DNA of 64,000 nt from Botryllus schlosseri (taxonomy: Eukaryota). Below are positions 25,426 to 39,400 of the stretch, one piece after another. The position numbers and the translations under genes are program-made. The notes beneath the pieces are model-generated. The model made no database searches. It was given only the letters and a program-made list of their open reading frames with translations, and had not been told where the DNA came from. The stretch covers positions 12,092,001 through 12,156,000 of the forward strand of contig CM119372.1 of the NCBI GenBank assembly GCA_051294905.1, read 5' to 3'. Within the stretch, counting starts at the first letter, position 1. Every line of letters begins with the position of its first letter.

Positions 25426-27479
25426 TCAATCCTGGTCTTCAACCTTGAACTTCTCACAACCGAAGATCATTTGTAGTATACTTGTGTTGTGTAGAACTTT
25501 GCGGAGTAATATCGAAACGAAATATTAGGTGTGTCTTGAATACGATCTCAGTGACGCGAACTGTTGATTTACCCCAGCATACGTGAAGTGGAGATACAAA
25601 GGATTTTGCAGCTGTGTCAGTGTAGTCTAGAATCAATCACTAACAAACTATACTAGAAAACAATAAAATATCTTGTTACTACACGTCACATACTGTAATC
25701 TTCTTGCGGTGGTTAAGTTCCCAGCAACAAATCATGCAGTATCTGTAGTAACGTGACTGACGACCTGTCTAATACGAAACGTGTATGTTCTCAAGCAGCC
25801 AGATATTCAGTGTCGACCTAGCACCGAAGCACACGCGATGTCGTCACCTAGTAGCGTGTACTGTACAGTGTACAGTCAGTGTACGCACGAAACAACCATC
25901 AAATCTCTTGCCCACTGGCCAATGATTTGACATGCTTTGCTTAGATTTAGCTGCAGAAAACTCCTGTTCAAGCCTCAACCTTCAAATCAAACCCTATTCT
26001 CAACATACCAGATGGCGAACGCCGTATAGGTATAGCTACTCGGCGTCTGAACAGACACCAAACGCCGTATAGCTACTCGGCGTCTGAACAGACACCAAAC
26101 GCCGTATAGCTATTCGGCGTCTGAACATAACAGACGCCAAACGCCGTATAGCTACTCGGCGTCTCAGAAAACCAGACGCCAAACGCCGTATATACATTCG
26201 GCCGCCGCGCGGCGTCTGGCGTCTGGCGTTTGGCCTCTGAGCGGGTTTAACCCCTGTTGTTGCACTAATGTCAGAGCAGTTATAGTTTATGCAATCTCAT
26301 TCAGAAAGTATCTACAATTTCTATAGAACTTGACTGAGCTTGGAAGGTTGGAAAATAGTCAACTATTCCACAGTACAAAATAGATTTTATAAAATAGACC
26401 CAGCGGTTTCTGATCAATGAGGGAATCTATAATTATGCTTGATTGCACTATAATATGCAAGTATATAAACTCCGTCTCAAAAAACACCAATATCAATTTA
26501 TCAATCAATTCCTTTGCTCTAGTTCACCTTATATTTATATGTTTTCAATAATTTGCCTCAAATATGAATTTGAATAAGTATTTATGTTCCTTCAGTACAA
26601 TGATCGGGTTTGATATACATCAATGACAATGTGAATAATTGTAATGCTTGCAATCATTTCAAATTTTGTCTTGCATGAATATAATCCACTTCGTAGGGTA
26701 TAAATGACCTTCTTGTATTCAAATTATACACATAGTACACCTTGTCGGTGTGATCTATATCAAGGAAGTATACCCAAGCTCAATGTATCAACTTGACAGG
26801 CTGTGTCAGTGAATATCTTGATATAAGACGTGCTCTGCAATAAAATGCATTCAAGATCAAGACGCTTGCTGATTGATTTTCGGAAATCATTAATGAAGGG
26901 ATGTCACAATGATCCACCATATCAGAAAGCAAGCAGGTGGCTTCACATACCAGTGGTGTTGTACACCAGACCTGTTTCAAATTGAAGCCTGGGACCAGCT
27001 TATTAAGCCTATGTCTGTGCTAAAATCTTAAGCCCTGTAACTGTCACGGCATCGTTGTGATCACCTACCTATGCAATGTCCTAAAATTAAATATGTTAGT
27101 TAAAACATGTCACATACTTCTTTTGCGCATATATGCGTACTGTGATATTCTGTGCGATGTTACATAGTTTTATATCTATAACATCACTTAGATGGGCTAG
27201 CCTAATAGCATTTGGATGTGATTTATTGTGTGATAAATGCATCATTTCATATCGAGTCACTTTAAAAACTGCCTACTCAATATATCTTTGCTTCCAGTGA
27301 GGATTTAGATGTGGCGGGGCTTACTGCTGATGCTAGCTTCTTGTTTTACGTACTACATTGTACTTTTATACTTTCATAGCGATATCTGGTCGTGTAATTT
27401 TGACTGCCGCCTAGGCAATCACTTTACTTCATTAATGAATTAGTGATAAATATTCTACTTGTTGTGTGCAACAAATAGA

Positions 27480-30400
27480 ATGACAGCAGTGAACCATGAC
27501 CATGCTGCAAGACTGGTGAGTTGATTTTAGTGATAGGAGCTTGAATGCAGGTAACGTTTCAAATGTCAACGTTCTTCAGGTGACCCACCTGTCACAGCAA
27601 AGATCCTCCGGAAAATACTGCGACGTGTGTGTCTGTGTCGCTGAACAGAGGTTTCTAGCTCACAAATGCGTATTATCAGCTAACAGCGACCAACTGGATT
27701 CCCTTATTCTGGTGAGTTTACAAGCTATTTGAACTGATCACTGCCATGTTTTTTCTGGTGTAGATCTGAAAGTTACTCGTATTTTAGCTTCTATCATATA
27801 TATATATCAGGAATTGAAACGTTTTGTATATTATTAACTGAATCTGGAAATTGGGGACTTTCCACACTGAAGAAAGGCACTGATGAGTAGAAACGGCTAT
27901 TATATGGATCATTGATCCGCTGTAGCAATCCCTATGCCAGAAAATAGTTTAGAAAATGATTATAGAGTGTTGTTGTACGATGGGTAGCCTATATGTCCGA
28001 TCATCAGCCTCTTTTTTGCGGGGTTTTGGATGCTGCATATCTATGCACTCATCTTAGGGGCTCATCTAACAGAGGTAAAATATATTTTATAGGATGCTAC
28101 TGATGAAGACAATGCCAGCCATGATATAGAAATAGAAATCCATGGAGTGAGCCCCGTTGGATTCGAGGTAGGTGCTATTTCCTACAGGGTTGGTTCGATT
28201 ATGTTCACAATAAGAACAATTTCGTTCACAATAAGAACAATCTCATGTTCACAATAAGAACAGTCTCATGTTCACAATAAGAACAGTCGTTAAATTCGCA
28301 ATAACATCATTCGCAGCACCAACACATCCCCCGGACACGATGACCGAGTGGCAACATAGTTCGAACACAACCCAGACATGATGTCCGAACACCCCCAGAC
28401 GCAATGTCCGAGTGTCAACGCAGTCCGAACACACTCCTGACATGATGTCCGAACACCCCCAGACACGATGTCCGAACGCCCCCCCCCCCCTTCAGACACA
28501 CCCCAGACATGATGTCCGAACACTCCCCCCCCCCCTAGACATTATGTCCGAGTGACAACGCATGCTGTCCGAACACACCCAAGACATGATGTCCGAACAT
28601 CCTCCATACACGATGTCCGAACTCGCCACGCCCCAGACATGATGTCCGAGTGTCAACGCAGTCCGGAGACCCCCCAAACATGATCTTATGAACACACCCC
28701 AGGCTTGATATTTGAACACAGGCCGGGGCATGATATCCGAACACGATTTCCGATTGACAACGCAGTGCGACACCTGGCTCATGATATCCGAACACCCCCA
28801 GACATAATGTCCGAGTGTCAATGCAGTCCGAAGATACGTGTAGATAATACGTTACTCAATGAGAGCAACGCTAATACTTGTGATGTCATAAATGGAGCAG
28901 TGGAGTTTGAAAATCCAACGTTTCTGCGATCAATGACCTGATTGTTAATATCACACTATAGTGTACGAACTGCATTGACACATCGGACATCATGTCTTGG
29001 GTGTTTTCGCACTGTGTTGCTACTCGGACGTCGTGTTTGGCATATGTTGGTGCTGCGACTGACATTGTTATGAATATAACGGCTGTTCTTATTGTGAACA
29101 TGAGACTGTTCTTATTTTAACCATGACAGACCATATTGTGAATTGGCACAGTCCGATCCTACCTCAGACATCGTGTCTGGGGTGTCTTCGGACTGCATTG
29201 ACACTCGAACATCATGCCCGGGGGTGTTCGGATATCATGACTAAGGTGTCTCCGCACTGCGTTGCCAATCTGAAATCATGTTCGAACATCATGCCCCGGC
29301 CTGAGTTCAAACATCAAGTCTGGGGTGTGTTCATAAAATCATATTTGGGGTGTCTCCGGACTGCCTTGACACTAGGAGGACATCATGTCTGGGGCGTGGC
29401 GAGTTCGAACATCGTGTCTAGAGGGTGTTCGGACATCATGTCTTGGGTGTGTTCAGACTGCGTTGGCACTCAGACATCATGTCTAGGGTGTGTTCGGACT
29501 GTGTTTTCAATCGGAAATCGTGTTCCGTCATCATGTCAGGAGTGTGTTCGGACTGCGTTGACATTCGGACATCATGTCTGGGGGGTGTTTAGATATCATA
29601 TCTGGGGTGTGTTCGGACTGCGTTGACACTCGGACATCGTGTCTGGGGGTGTTCGGACATCATGTCAGGAGTGTGTCCGGACTGCGTTGACACTCGGACA
29701 TCATGTCTTGGGGGGGGGTGTTCGGACATCATGTCTGGGGTGTGTTCGAACTGCGTTAACACTCGGACATCGTGTCTGGGGGTGTTCGGACATCATGTCT
29801 GGGTTGTGTTCGGGCTATGATGCCGCTCGGACATCGTGTCCGGGGATATGTTGGTGCTGCGACTGATGTTATTGTGAATATAATGACTGTTCTTATTGTG
29901 AACATGAGACTTTTCTTATTGTGAACATGACTGTTCTTATTGTGAACATGAGACTGTTCTTATTGTGAACGAAATTGTTCTTATAGTGAACATGAGATTG
30001 TTCTTATTGTGAACATGAGATTGTTCTTATTGTGAACATGAGACTGTTCTTATTGTGAACGAAATTGTTCTTATTGTGAACATGAGATTGTTCTTATTGT
30101 GAACATGAGACTGTTCTTATTGTGAACGAAATTGTTCTTATTGTGAACATGAGATTGTTCTTATTGTGAACATGAAACTGTTCTTATTGTGAACAAAATT
30201 GTTCTTATTGTGAACATAATCGAACCAACCCTCCTCGCTATTTCGGCTATTTGTTCTGAGCTCTACATGTTTTTCTATCAGGATTAATACTTTTTTTCTC
30301 GCTTGGAGTTGTTTGCTTGTTTACCTGCTTTGAACCAGACGGTCAACTTCGGCTGCACTTATTTATTAATTTTTTTATTCGGATTTGGAGCATTTGGCTC

Positions 30401-33400
30401 TGCCACTATAATATATTTTGAATGCGATGAAAGGATTAGATTATTTTTTGTCTGCACCATCATGGTACCTAGGCGATGGAGATGCAATGGAGCCATTGGG
30501 TTATTGAGTGTTTTGAGCGCCTAGCGTGGGGCCTAGTTGATTCTAGCCATGACCTACTGATTGAGAAGTCGATGCTTTAGCCTACTATTGCACAATCTCT
30601 TTCGTGCTGTACAAATTTCGTGGGATCATGGATCCAAATTACCAACAAACTGACTGTGCAGATCTATATACGAATTTGACAATACTGTGAGATGTTGAAT
30701 TCTCGTATTTCAGATTGTTTTGGAATATTTTTATACGGGAGTGTTAAGATTAGAACCGTCGACCGTTACACACACTTGGATGACTGCCGTTTACTTGGGA
30801 CTACCAGATATTATCAACCGTTGCAATAGTTATTGTCAGCAATCGGTCTGTGTCACTGCGCATGCCAAATTGCCGACAGCGCCAAGCAATACGCTCACTA
30901 CAGCAAATCAACAGGTAGGCCTATATTGTCTGCACTCTTTCAGACTGTAGATTTCATAATAGCACAACAGTTCCTAGTTATAGGTATGCGACAAGTGATG
31001 TATTAGAAGCACATAATAGTGTGGGTAAGGGTGGACTATGCGCACCAGCTGATTTTTGTGGCATCGGTATTATGATAAAGATGAGGCCTTCACTACTCGA
31101 GTTGTGACTGTGTAGCAAGCTGAACTGGGCAGACATCCTGTAGCTATATCAGCCCGAACTACTATTCGTCATATAGTATTATTTGAATGCCTGTTATTTA
31201 ATAAAACATACCATGTAGAGCAGGGCCGGCCAACCCATGGCCCGCGGGCCACATGTGGCCCGCGAGAAGGTTTTGAGTGGCCCGCGAGGTAATTTCCGAA
31301 ATTGGTAATGTTATCAAAATTGAATTGCACAGATTGAACTTGCAAGGCCAACCAAAAATTTGATTAGTCTCTCAGCAACACTTGAGATGTGATGACTAAA
31401 ATATCAGTTACGACGCATTGGCATTTCCATGAGCCGGTCACACTTTGGTAGATCTTCGTACATTTCAATAAAGCAGAATAATTTGCGATAAATTTATCAA
31501 AAGTAAATATTTTCTACACGCTTCGCGCAACATGCTGTCACTCGATTTCTTGCTTTTAATATTGTTACCCCTATGTGAAAATGAAAGAACACCTATAATA
31601 CATCAGATTGAGTCTAACTATATTCTCAATTACGAGACAAAGTGTCGTTCAACATATGCGACCTGGCGTTTGCGCTCGCAGAAAGATCGTCGACTATGAA
31701 ACCTGGGCACAAAATGATTGATGCATGTTGGTCGAAGCTTTCGAAATTGATATGTCCAGGCGCTGAATAGTCCAGTCCTGGCAGACTGAGTCAAGTGATA
31801 TACCGCAGGCCCGCAATATAGTCAAGTGACAATAATATTGAGCTACGAGCTTCCAAAAATTTTCGCGCTTCGCGCGGCTAGTGGCCCGCGCAATATTTCG
31901 TCGATCGCATGTGGCCCTTTGGCTGAAAAGGTTGGCCAGCCCTGATGTAGAGGGTAGTGGGGAGCGGATACCATGGAAAGTAACTGCACCCTCTAATGAA
32001 GGGATGGTGCGAACCCCTGTAAAGTTCTGGTTCGTGTGAACACGAACCTTTGCGGAAGCTACCGTGTGAACGTGAACCTATGACGTTATGTTACTAATGA
32101 CAACCCTACATTTCCGTAAAGTTATATGTTAATGTACATTAGGGCTGTTCAAAAAAAAAATTTTTCCTGAATCTTGCTGGTTACGTGATTAAATCGTTAG
32201 GTTGCCTTAAAAAACGACGCACACCAAATTTTAATTCATTCCAACCAATAATCGCTGATTTCGTACAGTTTGAAAATTTTGAATTTACCCAAAAATGCAA
32301 AAAAAAATTTTTGTCAGATTTATCTGTTAACCCCATGAAATCGTTGCGCTGTCTTCAAAGACGATGCAAAACAAATTTGACTCAATTCCAACCAGTAGAA
32401 GTGGAGCTATTTGAGTTTTTATTCGATAATTCGGAGATTATTCTAGATCTGTGGATAATCCAAGAATTATCATCGAAAAACTCAAATAACTCCGGTTCTA
32501 CTGGTTGGAATTGAGTCAAATTTGTTTTGCATCGTCTTTAAAGACAGCGCAACAATTTCGTGGGGTTTACAGAAAAATTTGACAAAAAAATTTTTTTGCA
32601 TCTTTGAGCAAATTCAAAATTTTCAAACTGTACGAAATCAGCGATTATTGGTTGAAATGAATTAAAATTTGGTGTGCGTCGTTTTTTAAGGCAACCTAAC
32701 GATTTAATCACGTAACCATCAAGATTCGGGAAAATAAGCTATTTTTGAACAGCCCTAATGTACATTATGACTAGCCACGACTCTAGGCCATATTGTGCCA
32801 CAATGCTAAAGTACATGCTGACTTTTTAAACGTCACCTAATGTATCAACTGCTAAAATATTTCCACAAAATCGTTTGCCAATAATTTTTTCAAGGACTCG
32901 GCTAGACCGTACAGATGTATTCTTACTAGTGTAAGACCGGTTTCTATGCTTCCACCAAATATTATCTTAAAAACAAGTTTACAGTAGCCTACACCCCAAT
33001 CGGACAGATTTGGTTTTGATGACACCATAAAGGCTGCTGCACACTGGCTTTGCGACACGACTAAAACAGGTAATTCCCCGATCATGTCGCGCTCACGATC
33101 GCGGTAGTTGCGTTCTTCTGCACACTGGGACACCGAGTCGTAACGTCGGCCTATCTGTTCTGTACCAACTTAATGATTTCGTAACAGTATAGGTTCTTGG
33201 TTATTACTATTGAAGGACACATCAAGATACCTCCTACACAACACATGTGTTTTCAATGTGTACTGACAGCATATTGCTGATGCTCCGAATTTTGATAAGG
33301 AATATACACCATAATGTCACTAATATATTCTCAAATTCGTTTAGTATTTCAACTCAAACTCAAGACGCAGATGCACAATATACAGTACCCAAGATACAAA

Positions 33401-36400
33401 GAATATTAAGTAGAAGGAGTCTAATCGTTGAAACGCCCTGACATAGTCCATCAATCAGATATTTTTATAATATATAGGCCTACTCTTCTTGGCCTACCGG
33501 TACTTTAGTAATGTCAAGCATGTCAGTGGCATTGGCGGGCTAGCGGTCATGTTCTCTGTTATTCATCTTGTATTGTGAACATAGAGTAATCTAATTATCA
33601 AATATATCTTCATCTTTAAGTTATCAAGTTGAGGTTGAATCATTCTTTTTCTGGACTTGTTGGATATCATACAGCGCACTGCGTCAATCCCGCACAGCCT
33701 TCACTGTGTAACCCTAGATAAATTACGCATCTGGTACACGAGAATGTTAGATTAGGAAGTTTAACGATTAGAAAAGATTGCAACAGCACCGCCGAACTAA
33801 GAGCAAGTGCTTTTTTTCTACTGCGACTGAGCCCGCAACTCGCGACAAAGTTCAAAATTTTCAACTTTGTCGGCGAGTTGCGCAGCCCACTCGCTGACGC
33901 TTTGTTGCGTAGTCTGGCGACGCGGTGTGCATGGTTTTGTCACAGACAGCCGCGATTCCCTCGTTTTGTTTTGAGCCAGTGTGCAGCAGGTTTAAGGATC
34001 TCAAATCAAGATAGATCCCGTACGCCCGATAGATTTTTTTACATTAAACATTGATGCATTCTTTATATCAACTTCGTTGATGTAAATAACTGATTGATTG
34101 ACTAAACACAATTCACTGACTCCCTACATGTAGCGTGTTTCATTCTTGCTATTGTGTGATTGCGGGCAAAGCTCACAGCAGAAAGTCACCAAAGATTCAC
34201 AAGCAGAAAACTGAATATTTCGAGCGAATAGTTTTGGAAATTGGCAATGTGCATACTCATGCTCATTTAGTGCTGAATTTCATGCCGCCAGAGCCATGCG
34301 GAAAGTGGTTCGAAGTTGAAATGCAAAGAATTTCAACCAAAGATGTTATCATGTCGTGAAAAATTGAATTACATGAAAATATTCACAGTGCCGAACCTAC
34401 CATGGCTCGTTTGTGAACACGAACCTCCAAATTCCAAAGGCTCACACACAGAATGCGAATGTGAACCTCATGTTCACACCATCCCTACTGCTATGGCCCG
34501 CCTCATCCGCAGCACTACCGTACCTGATTGATTTGTTTGTGATGACAGTTAATCGAACTTCTATTTGCTTCTGTTATCCGATACAGCACACTGCTTTGGT
34601 TCCCGGCAATAATACTAAAGCACAACCACAATCAAACGGGGATCTTGTACAAGCGCAACTCACCACCAATACCGTATTGTCCACTGCGACAAATCAGGTA
34701 AGGGTTCTGTACGACTAGTTTTTATCCGAATAATCTTTCATATACAACTTGTTGACTTACAATAATGAATGCATGCTGTGATACTCATGCTCCTCATTTT
34801 CCAGCCGAAAGTCAATAGCATGGTGAAGTTTAAAGAAGAAGCCACCAGGCAAAGCATGGTTGATGCCGCCGCCAAAGGTGAAGTTATTGAGACAATAGCT
34901 CGTTCCATGGTTTGAGACTGTCTGAATTTTTATACTGCACTATTATACTAATTTCAGTCGAACTTATTCAACTTGTAAAATACAAGGAGGCAAAAAACTT
35001 CTTGGGTCAACTGGACGGAATAGCATGCTCCATCATTACTTAATGCAGTGGTTCCCAACCTTTTCCATCTCGTGCCTCCCTTGGCCGAAATTTTAGCCAA
35101 AATTCCCCCCTTAGGATAAATCTGCCCGATGAATAAAAATGCTCATTTTTTCCGCGTAAACACCTGTTGACTGTGAGAATAAGACGGGCGGTATCGAGTG
35201 TTTGTTTCTAGCAGTGCTGTAATAACACTTTGTAGAACTCCAAAAACCATGGTCTTGGTCCCAATCACACAAATTCTGGAAGGCTTGACTCAACAGACCC
35301 CCACACTTCCATTTGTGTTTTCGGCTTACCGTGCACCAATCGCTAATATAACTACTGTGAAAAATCAGTATCCATAAATTTACTGGTCTCGCGATTTTTT
35401 TCTCAAGTTTGCGTATGCATTTGGCCAACAATAGTGGTACTTTCATATATAGAAGGGTTGACCAGACTCGAGTTTGACTCGAGTCACCATTTTCTGATAC
35501 CTAGACTTGATCGAGTCATTTTCTCAAAATACGGAAACGACTTGAGACAATCTGGGTATTGACTCGACTTGGACTCGAGTCATTGTGCATGACTCGAACC
35601 AAGTCATATGACTCAAAACTATAACACGGCCAAGACCGACATTTCATTGTAATTTCGAAGAACAGTAAAGTGACAACCCTGTTGGAATTTTGTCTATTTA
35701 TCCTGGTACTTGACAATGTGAAGAGAAACTGCTCAAAGTGAGGAAAATTATTATGTCATAAATCCAAATCATTCAATATCACCAAACAGTGTTGACTTGA
35801 GTGGGACTTGGACTCGTTCTCGAGTCATAATACCATGACTCGGACTCGACCGTCTGCTCGGTGACTTGGACTCGGACTTGACTCAATGGTGAATTGAAAA
35901 TGACTCGACTTGACTCGAGTCAAAACTATGAAAGTGAGATTGACTTGTGACTCGGAGCCTCATGACTGGGTTACAGCCCTGATATATAACATACACGTGA
36001 TCAGATTCCCTGCTGGAGCGCATTGAAATTTTGGACACCCATTACGTTTCGGCAACATTGCACCAAGTTTACCACGTCTTTTTTCGATCGGGTAGCTGTT
36101 CACTAAAAATAAAGCAATGCTAGCGATCTCTTTGACTTGAATTGATAACGTTGGAATATTTAGTCACTGTCTGAAAATGTTGACTTGAAAATATAAGATA
36201 AATACTTTCACTAGAGGCCTTGTTGTGATAGATTCGGCACGACATTTACTCGCTTAGGATATATTTGATTGAGAAGCCGTCGCTGGCCTACAAAATTGTC
36301 TTGCGAACTGCAGCACATCTGAACTAGTTAGAAAGAAAAAAAAAGGGTTGGGGGGGATTTGTATATGAAAAAGAGATTTTAGATAGCATTTGAACATACT

Positions 36401-39400
36401 TTCAGCAGACAAAAAACAGCCATAAGGAGCATACGTTCGGATATAGCTGGTTGTCTACATGACATCTCGAACATGAACAATTTGGGAAATCCGTTACAAT
36501 TCTAAAGTGGAATTCCTCCCTAAAAATTGCAAAATTCCCCCCAAGGGGGGAATTCCTCCCCGGTTGGGAACCACTGACTTAATGCCTCTAGGATGGGGCT
36601 AAACGTTATTCATTTGCGTTTTGATGCCGAATTCTTGGACATTGCTTGTCGTGTTACTGGTAGTGCTACAAAAATTGAGGTTTCTTCTATCATCAGTTGA
36701 TCTCGTCATGGCCCGCAAGACTAAGATTCCAAGGGAGGAGACGTTTTTCCGAATACAAAATGCGTAATGCAGCATCGTAGCAGGGAATAGTAGTTCATAA
36801 ATACCATCGGCGACGTATTGAGCACTTGCAACTTGGCAGTAATTGCCAGTAAAATTCCTCAGATTTGTGTCATTTACAGAGGTGGTGAAAGTAGACGCTA
36901 TTGGTACTCGAGTTGAAGTAAAAGTAACAATGTAAATTTTTACTCGGGCAGAGGTAGTGATTACGAGAATACGAGTAAGTAAAAAGTAAGTCAGTATCCT
37001 CTGAAAACTTGAGTGGAACTAGTAGTCTAAAGTCATGACCGCTTGAGGTAATGGTGCAAGCAGACGAAAAATTATTGGAGTAGGCCTACTTCAAAAATGT
37101 AGAAGCACTTCTTCGCTGACCATGTCTGTTCACATTTACAGACATCAAAAACCAGCCCGTTGAAATAAGGGAGAAGCAAGGCGAATCGGAGACGCCGGAA
37201 AGCAAAAAAGCAAAGTACGCGACGATGGACGAGGTACAGCCTATTGGTGCAATTGCCGGTTTCTACCCGTGACAGAAAGTTTCACGTTGCAGAATGCCAT
37301 TGCGTGGAACCCGCACTCGCAGCAGAACGCCGGTGCCGCACAACCAGCCGTAGCGGTTCCCAGCAGCGCGGTGTCGCAGGTCGTCGTCAATTTCGTGCAG
37401 GGTTACGGGGGATCTTATCAGTGAGTGCAGTACATTCTTACAGTTACCGGTGAATTCGGCACTTGGCTGCCCCTAACCTGAATACATTACTAAAGCAGTT
37501 CTTAACTGGGGTTCACACAAACCACAGCGGTTTGCTGGTGGTCAAGGCACACAGCCAACTCATACAGCAGAAGTGACACAAATTTTCAATAAATATTCAA
37601 AATCATTTGTTTGTTTTGTCTGGAAATCATGTTTTAATGGTTTTGTTCATTTTACATCGAGGGTTGGGAGCCTTTTTTGACCGAAGAGCCATATTGACCC
37701 GATACGTCGAATTCTAACTCCCAAAGAGCCATAAATGTCAATCAACTGTTACAAAAGTGGTACATCAAAATTGAAAATTCGTGACGTATTTGTAGCACTA
37801 ATATATGGGATTCGTAGTGTGCGCAATATTTTTGTGCCCACATGCGTAGGTGGAACCGAACATGTTCACTACAGCAGTACATACTTAACTTACCGCAGGT
37901 TGTGATACGTCAGTGACGTGATGTTAGGGGAGGCACGTGAGGCAGTGCCTCGCATGTCAGGGATGAGTGAGGAAAAACTGTGAAACCTTCAATGATTATA
38001 ATTGGTATTTTTTTTATCGGTGTTTATGAATAATTAGATTTTAGACATGTCTATCCCCAAAATCAATTTTCATATTTGTTCGAAAATAAAGCGCGAAAGG
38101 AGAGGCACGGACGGGCCAAGCCTCACTCATGATAGCGGAACTTATTGTAAATAAGTTGATATTATTGATATTGATATTTATACTGATATTATTCAAATGA
38201 AATTGTCGCGCTGATTTCGAAAATCTAAACATTGATCGACTTCTAAAGTATTCGGCGTCACATAAATTCACCAACAGGTTGCTGAAGTATTGATAAATTA
38301 TGTACAAAATTTAAAATTTGTCAAAGCGCCATATCTTCTACCCGAAAGGGCCATATATGCCTCGCGAGCCGCAGGTTCCCGACCACTGTTTTACATTGTC
38401 GTTGATGCTTACTGCACAGCTCATTTTGAACACCGACATTCTATAGTGGGCTACCGATAATGTTTTAAACGGTTAATGCGATAGGTTTTTGTGACTGGAC
38501 GAAAATCTGGGGTTCGCAGATTAGCGTTATGGCTCGGCAGGTGAGTAAAGGTTGAAAACCGTCTCATTCGCCGATGTTCCGAATTCACAAAGTGCCATAT
38601 ATTACAATTAACGCTCATATTCAGTGAAACATTCATTATAGATTATTAACGCAATATGCATCATCGCTTTTATAATAACAATAGATTACATTTCTAATGC
38701 CAAATTCACCGAATGCCGAATAGCTGACATCGTCCTGTGTGTTGTTTTGCAGAGCCGTTGATTGGCCCGGTAACGCAAACCAGCCGTGGACGCAGCTTCA
38801 AGTGGGGAAAGGCCAGATCGTCGCCACCGGCATGATACCGATCGCGTCGCAAGTGAAATCTGAAAGCGTTCAGAATTCGCCCGTGCAAATCCTCGCGGCA
38901 GGTGATACAATTCGTTTGTATCAAAATTTTCGCCGTTGTGAAACGCCGAAAGATTACAGTACGATAAAATGATAGTAACGAGTCGAAACGACTTCAAGAC
39001 GATATCTATCCGTCGCAAACTTTCACCATGGCCTTAAATGGAGTGAAAAAGTAAATGATTGTGATAAAATAGGCCTGCACGCTAGGGCTCTTCAAAAATG
39101 ACTTTTTTCCCAAATCGTACTGGCTACTTGATAAAATTGTTAGGCTACCTAATTTAAGCCTACACACAAAATTTGGTTCAATTCCAGCCAGTAACCGCTT
39201 TGCTACAGGAGAAGAAAGTTTCTATTTATTATATAAAAATAAATAATAAAAAATTTGAAAATTTTCTGTTCACCCCATGAAAGTGTTAGGCTGTCTATAG
39301 AAACGATGCTCACCAAATTTGGTTCAATTCCAACCAGTGGAAGCGGAGTTATTGCCGTCGAAAAATTTGGATTTGAATAAAATAGTATTTACGGTGACCG

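Larger units (their letters stand above)
22890..26259 (-). mobile_element. Foldback-type DNA transposon (MULE/Rehavkus-like), non-autonomous, carrying a Ulp1-PHD remnant
   Basis: ~250-bp inverted arms starting AGGGGTTAAACCCGCTCAGAGGCCAAACGCC with tandem GTAGCTATACGGCGTTTGGCGTCT units; exact 8-bp TSD TTGCACTA (22882-22889, 26260-26267). Confidence 0.85.
31999..34487. mobile_element. 'GAACCT' family MITE copy 2, expanded by nested insertions
   Basis: GGGATGGTGCGAACC...TTCACACCATCCCTA; flanking parts colinear with 5029-5997. Confidence 0.7.

Noticed and set aside
28200..30215. Regular 20-24-bp repeats resembling a CRISPR array, and Cys/Gly-rich ORFs (28249-29866)
   Set aside because: Units are head-to-tail with no unique spacers, are inverted between arms, are bounded by a TSD and have no cas genes nearby; the ORFs are translations of the repeats.
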